Notes under the pieces: generated by a model
Database searches by the model: none
Seen by the model: only the letters and a program-made list of their open reading frames with translations
What the model was told of the DNA's origin: nothing
Assembly (NCBI GenBank): GCA_036172245.1
Contig: JAYWIR010000020.1
Coordinates: forward strand, 992,001-1,056,000
Direction of reading: 5' to 3'
DNA: 64,000 nt
Source: Raillietiella orientalis
Taxonomy: Eukaryota
Made by a program: the position numbers and the translations under genes
Shown: positions 55,301 to 64,000 of the stretch, piece after piece
Position numbering within the stretch: position 1 is the stretch's first letter
How the letters are laid out: each line of letters opens with the position of its first letter

Positions 55301-58300
55301 CATCTATCGGAAGAATATTGCAGCGCTCGCCGAGTGAGTCGAAATCACTAGTGGGATGGGACCTGAATCCGAAGATCGACGATATCTCTACTGATCCGTC
55401 TTTCCTGATGCGACTTTAAACTGAATTGAGGTACGTGAGGTGACTGATTAGGAACTTTAATGAATTTTGGAAAAGGCTGTCGCATCCTCATATGTTTTTT
55501 GAGGCCGAGAGCGGCAGTGATCAGAAAATCCGATAACACTCATCGCCGTGCCCGAAATACAAAGCGGCAAACTTTGTATGGTGTAAGAATCAGTTTGCAA
55601 AGGATGATGAATTCACCGGAATCATCTCACGGTGAATTCTCATGAGAAATGACTGCCAGAGAAATACGTATAAGAGGCATATAATTAAGTTTTATTTTCC
55701 GAAAAGAAAATCATGAAAAAAGCGATCCATTTAGCATTTGAAATCGTCCACTGAAGGGTGACAGTAAGTCACGGGGAGATTCAAACAGAATATTTTCTAT
55801 GGCTTTCATCGTACTCTTTGTGTAAATACGCGATCCAGCTTCTGGAAACTCGTAGCAATCAGGAAGCGTGACAAGAGGACCATGTCCTTTTTTTTTTTTT
55901 TCTGGCCAGGGCGATCATGATATGGGTAATAGTGCAACCATGTACTTGAGAATAATGCAGTTACTATAGGAATGCACTCCTGGTTGCCTCCTTGTCGTCA
56001 GAGCAAAAATCATGAATTCGAAAGTGCCTTAGCAACGAAGGTTTAACATGGTGTCTTCAGGGAGGTCGCTCTGCAATGGACCACGTGTCACAACATCTCA
56101 CTGCATCCAGTAGTGCCCTCAAGTGTGGTAATCAGTTGGCTAACCAAGCGTCCCACTTCAATTCAAAGTCAGAGAGAATTAACTAAGGCTGTTTTATTGG
56201 CATCGCTGTTTCAGCAATTGAATGCGCCATCATGACCGTACGCTCCCTCTCGAAAGTTGATTTGTGTTTCTCTGTTGTACACGTTTCAGAAAGACTGTAA
56301 GGAACTCTCTGACACCTGTTCAGCATGACCATCTCAAGATGCTTGATAGACTCACATACGTATTACCTCACACATGTACGTCTCTGGAAGAACATGTGTG
56401 GCCACGTTGATGTAAAATTCCTCTGTGGAGAATAGGAGTTCCGTTTACAAGGTTCCGCCATATCCCGTGTCACTATGAGATCGAAATATTTTGACGATAG
56501 TCTGGTTATAATTAGCTTGGATGTCGATTGGATCTCGATATTTTGGTGGCATCCATTGAGCTATTTGATGACTTTTCGTCAGAGTGGAGAATTGGGGCTG
56601 AAACACATCGAATTAGTTTGAGACGAATTTATGAAACCTTTCCAAAGCTAATAAGTCCTTTATAGAACTTCAGCATGCAAAAATTTTCCAAGATCTCGAG
56701 AATTTCAGAGCTGATTTCGTTGACATCATATGGAGCAATGCGTTCACGGTTAGAAGCAGGAAGAGATTTGGCAATTAACGAGAGCTCATTTGAAAACAAC
56801 ATCAAATAATGATAAAAACGAATACCGAGGGAATTCTCTCCCATGATTTGATGCCACAGAATTATTGCTCATACAAGATGAACCTCTTCCTTTCCTCCTG
56901 TGACTGGAGGAGTGCTCCTTCAGCCATTTTCCACAGAAGCGCTCTTTGATGACATGTGCAGGCATAGTGATTGAGCGCTGATAGTTATTTATGAACACTG
57001 CAGCCGAGGTATCAAATCAAAACAGTCTTCGTTTCTGAGCATCACCAGATGTGAATTCCGCTGCACTTAATTTGTAGGCACCTGAAATTTCGTTCACATC
57101 TTATTTATACAGACTGCAGTATCTGTGTAAACTTATATTCTGGGATGTACTATAGACCATAGCTGGTACATCCTAGAACGTACGGTTCATAGATAACCGT
57201 TCAGTGCAAAGTAACTGGGAATTTAGTTAGGTGGTACAGTTGGCGGTTTTCCTCGACGATGCATCACGAAATGGAGGAATTCGCAAGATGCCTCTACAGC
57301 AAAATGCATGAACACCCATTACTCTATTATATGCTACAAATAATTAAACAGTACTGTGAAATCTCAAAGCCCTCTTACCTATTGAGATGTGTTTTCGTTT
57401 AACAGTGATTCGAATTTTAAGGACAAAAAGTTTTTTTGAAAGTTCTGAAACTTGTCGAAGGCTTTTAGGATTCCTTCTTCTTCTAAGGGAACTCTTATTG
57501 GTTCTATCACTGGCACTCGAACTACTAGCTCCAAAAGGCTTTTGGTGTAGGACAAACAGTGCGCTTTTGCACCTCATAGCTTGTGGTGGTATAACTGGAC
57601 TGTGTTTTCAAAGCATCCACGTTTCAATTGATCGGAACAACCTTCTCTAAACAGGCTGAAAGACCCGCCACCATCTCAAAGGATAAAAAAAAAAAAAAAA
57701 ACAAAGTTCTTCTCTACTATTTAACGCCCGCGAACGTGACCTTCCGCCATAGACTCCCGATGGGAATCGTTCGGGTTCTGCTTTCCGACCACTGGTGGTA
57801 CCTCACTCCGGCATAGCATGGACACACGTTTCCAGCTGTTGCATAGAAGGACACCAATGTTAGATGGAAGTGCTATTGATAGCGCGAGACACAAGAGGCA
57901 GAAGATTCTCTTTCCAGAGCACGGGCACATTTCAGTGGGGAAAATAACACTGTACTACCCTTGAAGGTTCTCTCACGATGTTTCTCAAGTGCTAAAATTA
58001 ATTTCTTAAGATAATCTCTGATGTTCATTTAAAGGGATCCGTTCTTCCGCTCTATCTCTCTGCTGTCTTGTTCTCCACTGTTCTGTTCTTCTGTTTGAAT
58101 TTGCAATAAGACACCAAAACTGGATCTTGGAACAGTTAAGAGGGATGCATAAGAATTCGTTCGAAAAAACTCGAAGACGAAACGATGCATTTTTTTGCAA
58201 AACAGGGAAATGCATCGGGATGCAAATGTGGATCATTGTGCTGAACTAATCGATGCTGTCTATTCAGGACGTTTGGCGAGCAGAGAAAAGCAGAAGTCCC

Positions 58301-59769
58301 TTTCAGGTGCGCGAGCACCGTAAAAGAACAAGCAGGGTTTCCACTCCCAGTTTAAACACAAAGGAAAACTACATAAAGAGAAATGTCAAATTTGTTCTTT
58401 GCTATCGGATCCGCCTGTGAGCATTCCAAAGGCGCTTCGAGTGATACTCTCCTCTGGAAAATTTAGCTTCAAGATGAAAGGGAAGTACAGGATGATCTGC
58501 CTATCTCAGATAACATTATCTAAGATTATCCAGTCCTAGTTTGACACAGGTCCAGCTGCTCTGTAATTCATCTGGCCAGTTGCTTCCCAAAGTCTCAAGG
58601 CAGAGAGAATGCGTTGAGCAAGGAGCTGCAACGAGTTTTGAAAAATCATCTTAAAACGGTTTCCTCGTTTCATACAAAGTTGTTTAGAATTCTTTGATCC
58701 CTGAACGTGAGCAAAGCTAAAGAGTTGGCTGGACAAGAAAGCAATCTGGAGGAAAGTGATCAAAGGCTGCTGGAGCAATCAAACCTGTATAATGAGTGCT
58801 ATGGGTAAACTGCAGCATTCAGGGTCTTCATAATTTAGTGAGCCGCTCAAGTGATCGCACCGCTGTTTATTGGTTGCTGCCGACCACCGCTTACTGGACG
58901 CATTGCGCAAGAAATACCTGTATAGCAGCACACGTACACAAAAGTACTGAGGTGGCAATAAGCGTTTCTCGCTGACGCTGCATCAATGCCCATGAAGAAT
59001 GTGGTGCGGCACCATTGCCCGGGTATTCTCCAGAGAGAAAATGCCATCCTGTTTTACAAGAGTTTTGAGAGAATGTCCGCATTTTATCGATGCCATCCTC
59101 AAGCTTTTTTTTTTTTCTGTCTCGGATTTTTGCTGCTGCTTTCTTTCCTTCTTTCCTTTTTTTTTTGTTTCTTCGGATGTTCTGTGCATAAAGCACTGTG
59201 AAAGGATGCCTGCGAAACATGCAGATGTTTGTCAGCTCAACACGAAATTCAACGACTCAGCACCACCGTGCACGCTCATAAATCCTTCCTTCCTCCATGA
59301 TTCGATAAAAAAAAAAAAATCAGGGCTATTTTTCACGGGGTTTTGAGGCGGCAATTCGTGGCTCGGGTGACGACTAAACGACAACCAAATTCATTTCTTT
59401 CTCGTGCATCTGTTGCCATCATCAAAACGGCATCTTGACTCCGGTTTTTATCTTGGGTACCGAGATGGCGAGATTCTTTCAAAGTTGCTCTCTCACCTCC
59501 TCGGAAGAGGTCCGCCAGGGTGGAATTCTTCAAGGAGGCCGCCGGCCGAGCAAAATGCTCAGAGACGGCGGGTTCAGATGGCGGAGGCCATTTCATGTAT
59601 GCCTCATGTGACGTTTTTATAGTGTACTTGACGGAGAGCTGCTAGAGAGGGGGCATTCCGTTCTGTTGAAACGCGGCATTTGGATCCATCGCGACTCCGT
59701 AGGAAAAGGAATTCCCCTCAGAGTATCCAAGGAACCATAATGGTCAACGTTTTCGAATAAAAATAAAAT

Positions 59770-60450
59770 TATGTGGTTCACGCAAACATAGATCAGAACT
59801 CTTCATCCTTCAGCTCCCTGGACAAGGAGACGGGACTCTTTTCCGCCATTCCATATCCTAACGTTATGACGCTTGGTTTATCTGCACAGATGGATGAAGT
59901 GTCCCTCCAATCTTATGAAGCGTTTGCTTCAAAAATACGGCACCTATCCCGTCTTTTACGCACCAAGGAAACGGGAGCCTTATGATTTTTCGTCCGGGAG
60001 CGTGATTTTTGTACGCACGGAATATCCTCGAGAAGCACTCTGTTTCATGACATCTTGTAGTATCTTCCGTTCTCCTGATGCATGTGAAATCCATCTAGTT
60101 TCTGGGAAGTTTTTCCGATCTCGCTGACAGGGAATGCACGACATATCCCCGTGATCTTGGACAACCCGCTGACGTTTGCCAACGAATCTTCCGTGCTCAT
60201 GTTTCATGCTAAGAATCGACTTCGACGCACGTCATGTGGCTACACCGAACATGTGGTCAGTGTCCGGTTATTTGTGTTGTGTGGGACAAGTGCACTACAT
60301 ATCGACCACGCAGCTCTATCTATCAAGAGAAAGTGAAAACTCTCTCCTGCACCCAAATCCACAGATCGTTCCCTTTGCTCACGGAATCCATGCGGGATGC
60401 GCCACACGCGTGTTCATTACGTGTTGGTTTGGTGCATATGAATGATTTTA
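59770..60450 (+). pseudogene. Possible decayed ionotropic receptor (IR/iGluR-like) S2-M3 region
   Basis: Fragments GLFSAIPYP, GSVIFV...CEIHLVSGKFF, DKC...VKTLSCTQIHRSFPLL and GCATRVFI follow the order of the divergent-IR S2 lobe and last TM. Frameshifted; may extend upstream to ~59430 (GY.DGEILSKL). Confidence 0.35.
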
Positions 60451-60955
60451 AAAGTCAGTTATTTTGATGGAAATAGCTGCTGGGCAGCTTGAATTTTTTT
60501 GTTCGGAACATCACCTGCATTTTCGTAGATTGCAACGCCAATATTAACAAAAGGGGTCGTAGAATTTCAAACAGATTCCACTAATAGAAATCACCAAAAG
60601 AAAAAGCACAGAAGAAACGAATGACGACAGACTGACCCCTGGTAGAATCACATGTTCCCCTCCCCCCCCCCAAAAAAAAAAGAAATTTCAATTCTCTCGC
60701 AATGAATGAATCCAGAGTATTTTAGTCAGCATGAACTCTGGATCGGAGTACACAAATTCCGCGTTACCCAAACGATCTTCAAAAGTTCAAATGTTCCTGT
60801 TATATGTCTGGCGAAACCCTTGTCACTCTACGGGTTTAGGGAATCAAATTCTTGGTGTCATTTATCGAATGAAAAAAAAAAAAATCTTTGTTTACTTAGT
60901 GCTACAAAAGACTGTGTTTTCATCCTATAATGTATAAACATTCGAAAATTTTCAG

Positions 60956-61079
60956 GTTCATTGTCATACGATTTCCCTTGATTTGCCGTGCGTTGTGTAC
61001 TCTAAGAAACTGCAGGCGAGCTGTGATGGTGGTATGGCTCTTAGCAATCGTCCTTGCTTCTCCAATTATATTCACAAAG
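60956..61079 (+). CDS. Same GPCR, coding exon 2 (ICL2 + TM4)
   Basis: Acceptor ATTTTCAG|G. The first G completes the AG|G Arg codon from exon 1, then reads FIVIRFPLICRALCTLRNCRRAVMVVWLLAIVLASPIIFTK: ERF..I.FP motif, basic ICL2, TM4 W.....LASP. Donor AAG|GTAGTA at 61080. Too short to appear in the ORF track. Confidence 0.9.
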
Positions 61080-63149
61080 GTAGTATTAAAAAACTCTTGA
61101 TTGTGTTACGTGCTTACACGGTGACCACGGGTGTTGAGTGATATTCGCATTGATTTATAAGAAATCGTTTAGGAATAGCTTAGGAGCGGACGATTGTGGT
61201 CAACTGTACGGATGAACGCGAACCGTACATTATCTATGAACTCACTTCCAAAAGAGTATGCAATCCATAATAGCATTTGAGGATTTCCGCAGGAACCCAT
61301 GCACATATTCTCGTTATGGAAAAACGGGAAATCATTCCCTTTTAAGCTAAGTCCGCAAGTATCGAATCCACTTGCCCATCCATTTTAGCAGGAATATTCT
61401 CACGTGCGCATGCGCCGTGTGCTCGATGGAAGGTTCTCTTCGACGGCCTCTACTTCAGAGGGAGAGCATAGAAATCACAGCTTCCCTCTTCTATTAGATG
61501 GCACCATTGCGAGTTTGCAGCCATTTAGGGAACAATCTGTAACTATACTGCCTAGGAATCAAATCGAAATACGTCGGGCTTTTGGAGTTTGTGCCATTAG
61601 GATGCTTTGAAAGACCATCACTCGAAAGCCTCGAGATATTTTCCCTTTCACGTTCCCTGAGGGGCCGATCCTCTTTTAGCATGTACAGTCTGAATTTCCA
61701 AATTTGAACTACAACACTACAGCAAAACTGAGACTGGGTTTTGTGCTGATCAGGGATTGTAGATTGAGAAATTAGTAATTCGTACAGAAGACGAAATACG
61801 CGGACGAATCCTGAAGTGTTCTTGTTCTTCTTATTTTTTTCGACTTCCCCCCCCCCCCCATTTGCAAACCATTCAGGAAATACCACAGAGCTCATTGAAT
61901 AATCAACCACTACGGTTGAAAACAAATATAAGTTAAGTTTAAGCGTACTATCGCTGCAGTGCTGAGTATTGAAAAAAGAGTTTGATAATCCGAAGTCTCA
62001 CAGATCTTTTGATGATATCTGTCTTTGTATTCCTTGAAAATAGAAATCCAGTCGAAGGAGATGAAATTCCATTTGCAATCTGCAGTCTTTATTCCCTTTC
62101 CCTAAGCCTTTTTCATGAATGCCCTTTTCCATAACTTTTCCCTTAAATACCCTGAAACGGATTTTATTTATGCTGGAATTGCCTTTTTTGTATCTTAATA
62201 TTTATATTCTAGTGGTCACATTCGAGCGCCGCTTCTTAAAAAATCGCATCTTGTATTGCAGAGTGATTTTTCCTTACTTCAGCAAAAGGGAAATGACCAA
62301 ATGGGTAATGGGAAAAGGTCTTTTTCCCACCTGAAGGCATACGTGCACAAAACTCCCTATCCACTCATCAACGGCGTCTAGATATACGAAACGGAACTCT
62401 GAACCACTCGTGCTGATGTTTCATCCTCAGTCTTGTTCAGAAAAAGCTCCATATGCGGTTGATGCTGCGAATTTTCCCTCCAGACTCCGAGAAAAGCATA
62501 AACAGAGGAAAGAACTAACTAGTCGGTCTCTCGGGCACGCGGAAGTACCAATCTTACCAAAGTCAATACGAGCAGGTTCTTACATGGAACACCACTGGTC
62601 ATGACTGACATCACCCTTCCTTGTTTTTGTTGCCACAGAACCTGCGCTTTCTGAAAGATCAGAAAAGATTGAAATCGGAAGGTTTCATCGAAACAATTTT
62701 AAATTATGGTAAAGAATCAGTCGGAAGGCCGGAAAGGGCTGACGCATGCATTTTGCAGAATCAAAGAGATTTTGCCGATATCCCACTTTACGCTTATTGG
62801 GTTTGCAAGAATGCACGAAAAATACAGCTTACCAGTAAGCTACGGGTCAGCATAATGACCGAGGCTAAACAGGATGTAGGTGAACGCATTAATACGTATA
62901 TACAGTTGTATTTGCTTGCGGTATCCCCGAATTTCTCTAAGAGCAGCACCTGCAGAAATGCCTTTTTAATGCCTGCAAATACACAGTGCTGGAGGGAATG
63001 AGGAGACGCACAAACGCCGGTGTGCATATGAGAACACGTTTCCCCAAGTCCCACAAGGGGTGGGGTAAATTTATTTTCTCATTCATACTACAATTTCATG
63101 GTGTTCACTTGAAGTCTGCTCCTTTGGGTCTCTGAAGAGTTCACTGCAC

Positions 63150-63645
63150 TTAATTATCTGGGAGTCGTTTGAGCCTAGGTGCTTCCTCCAATCCTTCTCA
63201 GGATGTGTTGGTAGTCCCAGGCCTGCACTCGTCCGCAGTTTCTGATGCCGATCTCCCTCTGGATGAGCCCTTTCAGGATGTCCAGGGGAGATATGGTGGC
63301 CCTCGTGGTCCTCATCTTCCACCACCGCATAATAATGGTGGTGATGAAAAGGGCGATGGTCACTCTTACCATGGGGTTATAGCAGGGAACCGGAAATTGG
63401 AAATTAGGGGCAGAGAGAGCACAGATATGCCTAAGTCCCCTGTCACGGAAGTTTGCATGAATCGTGAAACTCTGGCTCCCGTGGATCGTGGAGCCAGAGT
63501 TTGAACCATCTGAGAACCATTCAATGAAAGATGCCGATGTGGACAACCAGTATCTGGAGAGCTTGATACAATCTCTAGTAGTCTGGTGTCTGACTAGATT
63601 GTCGACGACAGGAACAAGGAGCAGAGACTGCATAATTGTGTACAC
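63150..63645 (-). pseudogene. Possible decayed ionotropic receptor (S1 end-M1-pore region)
   Basis: ORF 63175-63645: SFT....RGL.HI..SAP...P...MVRVTIALFITTII (M1-like) ...LDILKGLIQRE....GRVQAW (pore/M2-like). Confidence 0.3.
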
Positions 63646-64000
63646 TAGATTCGCAATCTAGTACTGAGCCACATCAGTAACACAAGCTAAACAGAATCAA
63701 AGACTTGAAAGGTCAAAAACTGCATCATAAGGTATATGAACTACTTGTACAAGATGGGATTAATCTACGTGATCGTTCATACACGTAGCATCGATATCAG
63801 CAACAGCCAACCACGCATGACCCGTGCCAACTAGCTAATCAAGTGTAGGCTGCTGCCACGTAAACATAGCTTGGACTGAGAGTCGCATATGTTCTTTCCA
63901 GTCTGGACCGAATTCTTAAATCTCGCTTCTCATTTCTTGCTACTTTCATTGCATGTTCCCAAATCCCTAACCAAGCTGATCAGATGGATTCAATCCTAGT

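Larger units (their letters stand above)
25529..60955 (+). other. 35,427-nt phase-2 GT-AG intron of the GPCR gene
   Basis: GTAAGC...TTTTCAG boundaries; joining the two exons gives a continuous, correctly spaced TM3-ICL2-TM4 sequence (SLERFIVIRFP). Confidence 0.85.

Noticed and set aside
62621..63001. Good acceptor (ttgttgccacag) as candidate GPCR exon 3
   Set aside because: The translation NLRFLKDQKRLKSEG... has no hydrophobic TM5 or FxxP pattern; exon 3 is probably outside the window.
1..64000. Prokaryotic-type systems (CRISPR, operons, retrons, rRNA operon)
   Set aside because: No regularly spaced repeats, low coding density, spliceosomal introns and microsatellites indicate animal nuclear DNA.

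Overview
Eukaryotic (animal, probably arthropod/crustacean-like; inference only) genomic DNA, not prokaryotic. The only confidently supported gene is the 5' part of a + strand rhodopsin-class (class A) peptide-receptor-like GPCR. Coding exon 1 (25059-25528, N-terminus to TM3) splices in phase across a 35,427-nt GT-AG intron to exon 2 (60956-61079, ICL2 and TM4). TM5-7 were not found and presumably lie beyond the window. Exon 1 sits in a CpG-rich GC island with candidate TCAGT initiators and a start-stop uORF. Most ORF-track entries are spurious. The flanks and introns appear to contain many heavily decayed gene relics recognisable only from motif order: a trypsin-like protease, a Moody/Tre1-like GPCR, ionotropic receptors, a nAChR N-terminal exon, a C-type lectin, a sulfotransferase-like pair and LINE reverse-transcriptase fragments. 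There are also diverged local duplications and many short perfect hairpins. I found no CRISPR array, rRNA, intact tRNA or intact transposon, and no convincing evidence of a new multi-gene system. All relic calls are by-eye motif matches and need HMM or tBLASTn confirmation.
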